Under the pieces are notes generated by a model. That model did not search any database. It was not told the DNA's origin and saw only the letters and a program-made list of their open reading frames with translations. A DNA stretch of 64,000 nt from Azolla caroliniana (Eukaryota; Plantae; Polypodiophyta): positions 6,076,001 through 6,140,000 of the forward strand of contig JBHGNT010000007.1 in the NCBI GenBank assembly GCA_043228905.1, given 5' to 3'. The translations under genes were made by a program, and so were the position numbers. Shown in pieces: positions 48,601-59,117 of this stretch; position 1 is the stretch's first letter; each line of letters opens with the position of its first letter.

Positions 48601-51354
48601 CCTCAGTTATACCAGCATCAGATTCACTTGAGCAAGGATGCAAAACCCGTGGCACAAAGACGGTACCGGATGAATCCCAATTATGCCGCCAAAGCAAGGA
48701 GGAAATCGACAAACTGCTAAGAGTGGGCTTTATCCGTTCGGTAAAGAAAGCGCCATGGCTGAGCCCGATCGTAGTTGTACCGAAGAAGAACGGAAAAATT
48801 CGAGTTTGTGTGGATTACCGGAAACTCAATGCGGCTACGGTAATAGATGCGTTTCCACTTCCGTTCGTAGATGGAGTGTTGGATGCCGTCGCCGGCCATG
48901 AGGTCTATAGTTTTCTAGACGGATTCAGCGGGTACAATCAGATCCGGATGCACCTCGACGACCAAGAGAAAACAGCTTTCGTCACCGAATGGGGGGTGTT
49001 TGTGGCCGTGGTGATGATGTTCGGACTCAAAACGGCACCGGCAACATTTCAACGAATCATCATGGAAATCTTTGGTGAATATATCCCGACTTTTATGCAA
49101 GTTTTCCTTGACGATTTCGCCGTCTATAGCCGGGAGGAGGATCATTTTCCGGACCTCCGTCTTTGTCTAGAAAAGTGTAGAGCGTACCGGATAAGCTTGA
49201 ATCCGGCAAAGTGTGTATTTGGCGTGTCCAGTGGAACCTTACTAGGACATATTGTGAGCCAGGAAGGTATTGCAGTCGACCCGGACAAAGTGAAAGCCAT
49301 ATTAGAAGCACCGGCGCCGGCAACGGCAAAGGCATTTCTTAGGCTAGATCCGGTGGCACAACCGGATGCTCCGATACTTGGCCGACCTGGCTACACCGTT
49401 GCATGCCGCCGTACATCGGACACCATTCCAGTGGACCGACACCGAGGATAGGGCGTATAGGGCCCTCAAGGTACTATTATCGCAAGCACCGGTAGTGCAG
49501 CCTCCGGATTAGAGTAAAGAATTTCATGTGTTCGTGGACGCCTCCGACATCGCAATTGGAAGCGTACTGATGCAGCTTACGGAGCCAAAGTGGTACCGGC
49601 CAGTGTACTATGCCAGCCGAAAGCTATCCCAAGCGGAACGGAACTACTCTACCACGGAACGGGAAGCTCTAGGGTTTGTCTACAGTGTGACAAAGTTTCG
49701 GCATTATTTATTGGGAAGGAAGTTTTCCTTCCATGTAGATCATTCGGCACTCCTCTACCTGGTGTCCAAGGCGTCACTCACCGGTAAATTGGCCTGGTGG
49801 ACCTTACTGTTACAGGAATTCGAGTTCGAAATATTCCACCGACCCGGTATACAGCATGCCGTGGCGGATTATTTAAGCCGTCTAGAGTCCGAAGAGACGA
49901 GCGACGGCGTAGTGGACGAGTTTCCGGATGCGGAGCTGTTTCAAGTCACTACAGAAACTGCAGCAGATGAATCTGTGGCACAGGAAGACAAGTGGCTCAC
50001 AAACATGCACCAGTTTCTGAGCACAGGACTGCCTCCGAAAGAGATGAACCGGGACGAAAGGAAATGCCTGGTTGTGCAAAGCCGACATTTCTGCTTACTG
50101 TGAGACACACTTTATCACAAGGGCGCGGACGGCATATGGAGACGGGTTGTGCGCAGCGATGAAAAGGACCTCATACTGAGGGAAGCCCACTGCGGAGTTT
50201 CCGGAGGTCACTATACCGGAGATGCGACGGCCAGGAAAATATGGCAAAGTGGCCTATGGTGGCCAACTACATTAAGAGATGTTGTACGGTACGCAAAAGA
50301 ATGTGACCTATGCCAGTGAATGGGCCAGCCAACGGAGCAAGCTCGGATGCCACACCAGCCTGTACTACCACTCGAACCATTCTAGAAGTGGGGGCTGGAC
50401 TTTGTTGGACCGTTCAAACCACCGGCAATGAGAACAGGTAATCGGTACGTCATCGTCGCAACGGATTACTGCACGAAATGGGTGGAGGCCAAAGCCTTAA
50501 GAGACAACACCGTTGTGTCAACGGCAAAATTTCTATACAAATACATTTGGTGCCGTTACGGATGCCCAATCGAATTAATAAGCGACCAAGGGGGGCACTT
50601 TCTCGGTCAAGTAGTTGAAAGCCTGACGACATTCTATGCCGTTGTCCATAAACGGAGCACACCATACTATCTGCAAGCAAACGGGTTAGCTGAATCGATG
50701 AACAAAACACTCCAGAATATTCTCCAGAAGATCGTCAACGAAAACCGAACGGATTGGGATACCAAGCTACATAGCGCGCTTTGGGCATACCAGACAGCAT
50801 ATAAAACGAGCATCCGAACAACACTGTTCTGGTTAGCGTTCGGACTAGAGGCGGTAATGCCGGTGGAATTCCAAGTACCCAGCTTACGGATCCAACTACG
50901 GGAACGGCTGAATGAGAAGGAGTCGGAGGCAATACGGTTAACAACGTTGTGTGAACTCGAGGAACAACGACTGGCAAGCATCCTGCACTTAGAATTGGAA
51001 CAACGGCGACGGAAAGCATTTGTCGACCGGCACAGGAAAGGAAATGAAAAAATGTTTGCAATCGACAAGCCAGTGTTAGTATTTCAGACACGGATGGGCA
51101 AGATGCCGGGTAAACTACGGTTTAGATGGACCGGCCCGTATTGGCTGACACGTGAGTATAATGGGTCCTACCAGTTAGGGACACTTGCCGGCGAAGTGCT
51201 AGGCAAATGGGTCAACAGATTCCGATTGAAGCCATATAGAGGACCGATGCCCAAGAACCCATTGGAGCAAAGGACCGACACCGGTGCGGAAACGGCAACC
51301 TATGAGGGAAACGGCAACCACCAAGACGGCAGAGACGGTAACTGGGGAGAATGA
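45624..51354 (+). pseudogene. pol: gag-pol of F
   Basis: Fragments 46316-46738 (capsid), 46997-47512 (knuckle), 47500-48720 (PR), 48723-49451 (RT), 49528-50103 (RH) and 50428-51354 (INT), with stops and frameshifts. Confidence 0.92.
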
Positions 51355-51759
51355 GGCCGGTAAGGGTCCGATAGGACCAACGGACAAGTAACCTCACACT
51401 ACATTTAAAAAAAAAAAAGAGAAGCGAAGTAATCATGCAAAAGCGAGGTATGAATGGACCAGATAGTGAGGAACGAAAAGGTATGTAGTGGGAATTTAAG
51501 CGCCACCACAGGACATAATACTATTTTAGTACACGACGTGCACACACTCGAAAAAGGTGCCAAAATGCACAGAGAAAAACCAATGCGCGTGGAGACCCTC
51601 TACTTTCACGAACCCAAGAGCACAGAAGCACCAAGGCGCTGGAAGATCATCAGACGAGAACCTACGCATAGAGAACCCCCACTTTCTGAACTCTCTCTCT
51701 CTCAATCTCACTCTCATCACCATCCAAACTCGCCACCACAATCCGACCTCGACACAGAC

Positions 51760-54537
51760 ATGGACCCGCAAACGCTGTCGGAAGCCGCCAAGAAATGGCT
51801 AAAGCAACACTGGCTCGAGGTCTTCTTGACGATTATGGAGGTACCGCCACACAAAGAAGCCGACAAGGTGATCAAAGAAATCGACACAGAGGTCATAACG
51901 GCGGAGGCGATCCGCGCGTTAACAGGCCTTCCGGAGGGAGGCATACTCACGATTGACAATCCGACCTCGGAGCAACTCATCAAGTATTTTGGTGAGTACT
52001 CCCTAGCCAGCAAGGGCTACCGGACACAGGGCGGCGGAGATATGTTGTTCCGCGAGATTGCCCGTGTGCTCCACGAATACGGCCATGTGTACCCTAGACC
52101 CCCTGTCATGCCGCAGAACTGGGCAGGGATGATCATCGCCACCTATGAAGGGATTAAGGTGGATTGGCCGGTATTGATCGCAGACGGTTTGTGTGCGGCG
52201 ATCGAGATCTTCAGAGGAAAAGACGGCAAAGAAGGCCGAGAAGGACGGACGATATGGCACGCAGTAACGCAGTGGCTCACCTTGCTTGTGCCACCCGTCC
52301 AACCCGTCCAACCCAAGAAGCGGGGAAGAGTGGCGGACGACACCCCAAAGATTGCTTCCAAAAGACAACAGTTGTTCGCCTCTAAGGCCACTAAGGGGAA
52401 GGCGGCGGACGCAGAACAGGCGGGAAAGGAGAGCGCCAGCCGGAAGCGGCCAACGGATGCGCAGGAGGAACCACCGGTACGGCTCGTAAAGGTTACACTC
52501 CGCCGACAGGTGAATAGAGAAGCGGACCCCTTGGCGTCAAAACTCCATGCCGGGACTCAAGAAGAGGAAATAGAGGAGGAGCCTACGGAGCACCTCTAGC
52601 GACGGTCGTCGGCAATGATCGTTAAGGCAGCCGGGAAACGTTCGGACCCTGAGACGGAGGGAACACCGGCTCCCCATACTGAGACTCCCACGCCAAGGGA
52701 GGAACCGGAACCGGTGCGCATGGCACCGGAATCAGAAGCCCCTGCACCACCGGCAAGTCCCATTCCGCCAGAGCCGGAAAGGTCAATACAGCCTCCCTCG
52801 GCCAACCAAGAAGAAGCGCAAGGGGAACCAGGACAACAGGGTGGTCCACGGGCAGAAATGGAATTGCAACTCGGCGCAATCAAGCAGGACCACCCATCTA
52901 CAAGCGAGCCCATCCGTCAAACCTCCGTGCAAGCGCAACAACAATGCACCGGTAGCCTGTGGCTCTGGTAGATAGGCGAACAGATTGCCGGAGCAGTGGG
53001 GTATATTGAGGCGGAAGAAAGAGCGCACAGTGAACGGTTGCTTGTCACAACCGAACAACTAGAGACGGCCCGGTCCAGAATCCGGTGCCTTGAAAAAGAC
53101 TTCGATTAGGTCACGGCAGAAATGGCCAAAATGGCCTTAACGGCAACACAAATCCAATCACCGGTGACTCCGGTAAGAGTACAGAATAAAGAACCCGACC
53201 AACCTGTACATACTAATAAGACCCCGACAATGGAAACCGTTCCAGAGAGAGATGCGGCGCAAGCCCAGGAGCTTGCGGAATTGAGAGATGAACTTGCCGC
53301 ACAAGAAGCGCTAAGGAACCGGGAACGGGAATTGAAGACAGCGGCCGAAGCAGAATTAAAGAAGACTGCTGAGAACCTCCACCGGGTAGAGGAGAGCCTC
53401 CGGAAAGGCCATGAAGCATACGACCGGCTAAGGGAAGAAAAAGACAAAGTGCTGCAGGAAAAGGACAACCTGCGGAAGATGGCGGAAACGGAAATTGAAC
53501 GGCTAAAGGAAGAGCTCCGCCAGCAGAAGGGCCGCGAGGACCGGGCCCGTCGACAGATCAACGCACGGCTCAAGCAAAAGATAGATGATTTTGAGCACCT
53601 GCACCGGGACTACAAACGGCTGGAAACGGAGCATAAGGAACGGGTGGCCAAGCTCCAGCAGGAAGTTGATCAGACTGCGACGACGCTCACCGACGAACGA
53701 GCGGAAAATACAAGATGGTTGGACGAGGCGGAGAAGGTCCGGATGGAGCTCCAGAGGCAGCAGCAGGAAGAAAAGGAGAGAGCGTCAACGGTATTGCAAA
53801 AATTACAAAGCACATATCAAAGGCAATTGACGCATTACAAGGAGCAGGCGGAAGACAACGTCAAAATCATCAAGCAGTTGAAGGAGGAATGGCAAGTTGC
53901 GGAGATCAAATCGCAGATGGGAATGGGCCGGATTCAGTGCATCCTCCGGGCATGGCTAAATCAGACAAAACGCTTGATTGATGAAAGCTCCGTAAGATGG
54001 TGGACAAAGTGGGCACAAAATGTGGCGGAACTCCAATTGCTACGGGCAGACGTGGCAAACCGGTGGAAGGAAGGAGATGATTGTTACACGTTGACTTCCG
54101 AGGACTTCACCGCCATACGGGACGAGTTGGCCGAAGACTTCCAAGTCCTGGCGGATGAACAGCTGGTGCAGGTCCGACAACTCGTAGCTCAGCTAGACGA
54201 TGATAGGCTGGACGCTCAAATCCAGTTTGAAAGCTACGAGCGGTCCTGGGTTCGGGAAGAAAAAGCACGGGAAGCGGCAACGGTTAACCTTAGTGATGAG
54301 GAACCGTCGCCGGCCGAGGGCCAGGCCGGAACCAGTCAACCGGAGACTACTACGACGAAGGGAGCAACGACGGAAACGCCAATGTCAGAGCAACAAACGG
54401 AGGAGCAGCGACAGCAGCCACCAAAGGACCAGTCGCAGCAGCCATCAATGGAGCAACAACAACAACAACTACCAATTCCAGATGAACAATTGGAGACTCT
54501 CGAACAAAGCATTCTAAATATTTTGGACGAAGAATAG
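51760..54537 (+). pseudogene. Extra ORF of F (~925 codons: globular N-terminus, Pro/Glu linker, long coiled coil)
   Basis: ORFs 51454-52599, 52615-52971 and 53122-54537 share one frame and are separated only by TAG codons. Likely start ATG 51760 (MDPQTLSE). Confidence 0.8.
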
Positions 54538-54573
54538 CAAGGGTCGGATGGTGGATTCGACGTACAAGGTACT

Positions 54574-54590
54574 GTCCCACGGGCGTGCCA
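54574..54590 (+). other. tRNA-Arg 3'-end-like motif at the PPT position of F
   Basis: GTCCCACGGGCGTGCCA-tg-LTR, with no purine run adjacent to the LTR. Confidence 0.8.
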
Positions 54591-55763
54591 TGTGTTACCG
54601 GCCGGCAAAGGAGTCCAGAGTGTGAAACGGAGGAGTTAATTCATTATTAGGAATGGTTGTAAGTAAGCTATTAGTGTGGACGGACGGACCGGAATCGGTA
54701 TGCCGTTCCGGATCCGGACTGATCCCGAACAGGTGCGGATGGCACCGTTTTGTACTACAGACCGGAAACCTATTTAAAGGCCCGGATACAATGTAATGAG
54801 CAACGGATAATTACTAAAGATTAGTGTTTTTATCTCTCTGTGTTAATTGCAGTTCTGCATTCATTGTTATATCTTACGCGTGTGATTATTAAGGACGATC
54901 TTGCTAAGTAGCTTAATTAAGTCGGATTAATCGTTGAGTCTAATCCTATTGCCGTAACACCCCTTTGGTGAAGTTTCTTCCGTAGACACCTTGTGTTAGG
55001 CCATTGTCCGGCCCTAAGAGTTAACATAGCCGAAGTGCCCGTCGGTGCTAGGACCGAGAAATATGCACTTCTTCTCATGGGGTGCCAACTTGTTCCTTTT
55101 CTCCATGGGGATAAATGTGTAGGCTTCACATCCAAATATACGGAGCCTATCATAGGTCGGTTGTGTGCCTGATCATAGTGCTTGTGGCACATTGAGCCTG
55201 ATTGTTTTTGACAGTGATAGGTTGATCAAATATATTGTCGTCTGCAATGCTTCGCCCTAGAACTCTAGCTTCAGTCTAGCTTGCTGGAGCATTTCTGTCA
55301 CCTTTTCTTGGATCGTTTGGTTGGTTCGTTTTGACACTCCATTTTGCATGGGTATGTAAGGAACAGTCTTTTGATGCCGGATCCCTTTTTCGGTCAGGTA
55401 CTATTTGTCAAATCGGAGTGTCTTCACTCTGTGTCATGACCGGTTCTCCACTTCAAACATCCACTGAGTGAAGATCTCGATCGCTTCATCTTTGGACCTT
55501 ATTGAGTAGGCCCAGACCTTCTGTGTACAATCATCTACAAATGTGATGAAGTACCGGGAGCGTCTTAGTGATCACTCTGGCATGGGTCCACATATATCTG
55601 TGTGCAAGAGCTCTAGGGGTTGTCTTACCGTCTTGTAGCGGAGAGAGTGCGGACTTTGGGTCTGTTTCTCGTATCGACAATGCTCGCATAAGTCTGTCTA
55701 TCTTTGCTTGAAGTTTCGGGATGTAGCCTACCGCCATCAACCGATCGAGTCCGGCTTGAGACA

Positions 55764-56060
55764 TGTAATGTAGGAGCACCAAATGGCAAACATGCATCAC
55801 ATGCATTGCATGCATTGTATGCATGTATTGTACCCTCACATGCATCATATGCATGGAGGCGTCTATAAAAGAGTGGTTGAAAAAGATCAAAAGGGGAGCT
55901 AGGTATTTTATCAAGCAAGTTTTGTACTTAATATTAATCGTTTTGAAGAAAATTAATATTAAGAAGAAAATTCGTTATCGTTTTGATGATATATCTTGTT
56001 CTTCAAATCTAAAGTCAAGAGTTCAATCTCCTATTCATTCAAGATTTTCAACTGGTGAAC
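55764..56060 (+). repeat. LTR related to the element A LTR, followed by a truncated Trp PBS
   Basis: TGTAATG...TTTTCA (55764-56050) shares ccaaatggcaaacatgcat and aagaagaaaattcgttatcg with 1499-1680. TGGTGAAC follows at 56053. Confidence 0.65.
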
Positions 56061-56075
56061 AAGGTCACGATCCGG

Positions 56076-56383
56076 TGTCGTGAAGATCCATCACTATGTG
56101 CGGATCGTGAGGCGGAACCGCCGGGGTTTTGGACCAGAAGGACTCGAAGTACGCACTAGCTTTAGCAAGAAAGGATTTAAGATAGATTGAGAGAGAGATT
56201 GAGATTAAGATTCCAATTTTGAAACAGATTCAGAACGATTGAAATAGAAAGACCGTAAACCATCGATTTGTGTACGGAGCGTTTGATGGCTCTAGAATCC
56301 CCATCACTACCCTCTCCTTGAGCAAGTAAATGATTTTCGCAATATGCGCCCGTGGCACCGCAATCATGTAAGGTTCCACGACA
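56076..56383 (-). repeat. Solo LTR of the tRNA-Trp gypsy family
   Basis: TGTCGTGAAG...TTCCACGACA. The first ~90 bp are the reverse complement of 1755-1842. Flanks CCGG/CATG do not match. Confidence 0.7.
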
Positions 56384-59117
56384 CATGATCAATCGAGAAG
56401 ATCACCATCGGTTCTACTATCTTCGGATCAACGCACCCTATCTCTCTTGATGTGAATGCGAAATATTTTCCATGTTGCTCCAGCATCTCATGAAATCGTT
56501 CTTCTTCATTCTATAAGAGGAACCCACCTCCACTGATCCAAAGTTTCTTCCGGGTCTCATTCATGAAGACATGTCCGATATCCACAGACTTCCGAAGTGT
56601 CGGATGTATCGAGACTTCTTTCCTCTTTTGTTTGCTATTGGCGGGTAGCGGTCCTGCAGACATATTCACATTCTTTTCCACGGTCTTATATTTTGTACAT
56701 ACCATTGCTTCTTCTTTGCAGAGCACATCCAGCCCCATTTTCGCAATGATCTCGTACATCTCAACCAATTCCACTAGGACTACCCAGTCTCCCTAGCTAT
56801 TCTCTTCCCCAAGCTCTTCAAGTTGTTGTAGCGTGCTCCCATAGAACACTTCTTCGACTACTCCCACGATTTCTTCGTCTTCTTTTATGATTGATGCAGA
56901 CCGTAACTCATCTTATACCTTTCAGAATTCTTTCGTCATTACTCCGGTTACGGCCCTATATGTAGATGCCCCATCCAGACCGATTCGTACTTGTTTTGCT
57001 TCGAGAGTTTTCTTCCTGTGTGGGGTATCAAGGCTTCTCGGACTATCACTTCCCCACTACGCAGCAATCTGCTTTAAAAATCCATTTTTGTTTGGGACAA
57101 GAGCTCTCTCTTGTTCCTTTCGTGATTCGATGGCACCGTTAGGAATTGGACAGTTTTCCCTCTGCTTTGGCTCCAAATTCGTGCAAAAGCCGCTCCACTA
57201 TCGAGCACCTTTGTCTCCATCCGTGAAGTCGTGATAAAGGGGTGCCCGAGGATCACGGAATGTGAGACCTCATCTTGAACTAAGAAATTTTGGTCAATCT
57301 CCACATCTCCGATCTTCACCATCACATCCGGACAAGCCGCAAATAGATCTTCCATGGCTTTTGTGGTTGCTCGGATCTTCCATCCATGGCTAGTGTTTAT
57401 AGGCCACTTCCCCTTCCAGTAGAACTCCTTGGACATCAAATTGATCTCTGACCCGTGATCAATCAATGCTAGTACGGGCTCTTTGATGTTTCCGATTCGA
57501 ACCAGAGTCTTCGTAGTTGCGCATGCCCATTGTGGCCTTGTGTAGTGGGAGTTCAGAATTTCATCCTCCACAGCTGTGTTGTTCATTAGAACGGTATTCG
57601 CATTCACCCTTGGAGCATTTTCCTCTATAGTCTGTCTCTTTCTTTTTACGAGATCCACAAGAGGATCGTGTAACTCCTTCTTCGTTATATTCCGAGTAAT
57701 TCCCGGACAGAAAATTCCACCCAACTATCAAGGATTCTCTCTTCGAACACCTTCTTTAGGTTTGTCCATTGTTCGATGTCCGAAGCGAGTTTGAATGACG
57801 GAATTGTTTTTCCTTTCCCCTTCCCTTGGAAGTTCTAACTCTTTGGTGTCTTTGATGGCCTAGTTGCATCATCCATGCGCCGTCGTTTCTCATCTACATA
57901 CACCTCATGCAATTGACATAACGCATGTTTGCTATTCTTATCTCCGCACGTTTTCCCATGTATTGGTGAGGCCACTCTTAGTAATTGTGTCCTCTAGAAG
58001 CACTCCAAGGTCTTTCCAGTCCCAGACATCCACGGCTTGTAAGAACATGATCACTTTGTCTGGTGCGAGGATAGCTTGATCTCTCGTGGACAACCTCTCG
58101 AATCTACTTTCGAATGCCAAAAACACATCGAGGACCTTCAGCCACTTGTCCGGCGTTTACACCCAATCTTCGAATCCCCTCTGTGTTGCCTTGGAAGATT
58201 CCTCGATAGCGAAAGTGGTCTTTAGTGCTTCTTCAAATGCTTCCCACGTTGGATTTTGTTGTCGTATCCCGTGGACACTCCCTTGAAGCCCGTCCGTAGC
58301 CACCCGATTGAAGGATGTCACTTGCAATCCTTCCGATATTCCGCATAGTAGCATCTCCACCTTGTAGTGCCACAAATAACGTGACACATCATTCCCGTTG
58401 AATTGCTCATTTTGTTGCACGAGCCGCTCTACTACCGACACAATCTCCGACTTTGCGCGTTGTTCTTGTAGCATCCGCTCAAACATTGTCATCATATTGT
58501 TAGCCTCTTGTTGATTTTCCATGTCCTTGCCACCCATGTTCACATCGGGTTCACCAACTGTGTCATGCCTTTCGGCACCGAATCGTTTAGTCCGGTGGGA
58601 ACCGCGGGGGTTTTGGACTAGGAGGAGGAAGAATTTGAGACGAGTTTAGTTATGAATATGAATAGATTATAAGAAAGAAAGATATGAAACTTGTGAATCC
58701 CACGAGTATAGTGTAATAATTAATGTTTAGGAAAGAATATGAATTTAGATTGCAAGAGAGAATTAGATGGCAAATTCGTGAATCCCACGAATATAATATA
58801 TTAATCAACACTTATAAAAAATCAACAACCATATACATCTTTCTCTCTTCCTTATATAGTGATGGAAGAGGCTAAACATAGCATAATTCTTTTCTAAAGT
58901 GTTCATGCACACTAGATGTCCCAGAATAGCTTTTTCTACCATGCTTTTAACTTCTAAATATAGTGCTCATGCACTCTAGACATGCCTAAGTAATTTTTTC
59001 TTTGTTTGCGTTTTTCTTCTAAATAAAGTTTTTACACACCCTAAATGTGCATGGGTTGCTTTTTATAAAAATAGGTGTAAATATAACTCTTATACCTATT
59101 AAATCTATGTTTAAGTC
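56384..59117 (-). mobile_element. Element G: old, deleted tRNA-Trp gypsy copy
   Basis: PBS 58539-58556 and LTR from ~58561. Gag 58157-58543, protease LIDHGSEIN 57074-57724 ending GGATTTTTAA, and pol start TKYKTVEK 56511-56774. Confidence 0.85.

Larger units (their letters stand above)
45154..55026 (+). mobile_element. Element F: full-length non-chromoviral (Athila/Tat-related) gypsy retrotransposon with extra ORF
   Basis: 434-bp LTRs 45154-45587 and 54593-55026. Perfect TAGCC TSD. PBS TGGCGACCAC 45595-45604. Gag, PR (VIDGG), RT (LDGFSGYNQI, FLDD), RH (VDASD), INT (SDQG, ANGLAE, WTGPY). Confidence 0.95.
39343..55763 (-). mobile_element. Element J: decayed Ty1/copia retrotransposon hosting N and F
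   Basis: 3' LTR 39343-39562 with PPT GAGGGAG. RNaseH/RT 39807-41279. Integrase remains at 44998-45153 and 55027-55763. The 5' part is lost. Confidence 0.88.
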
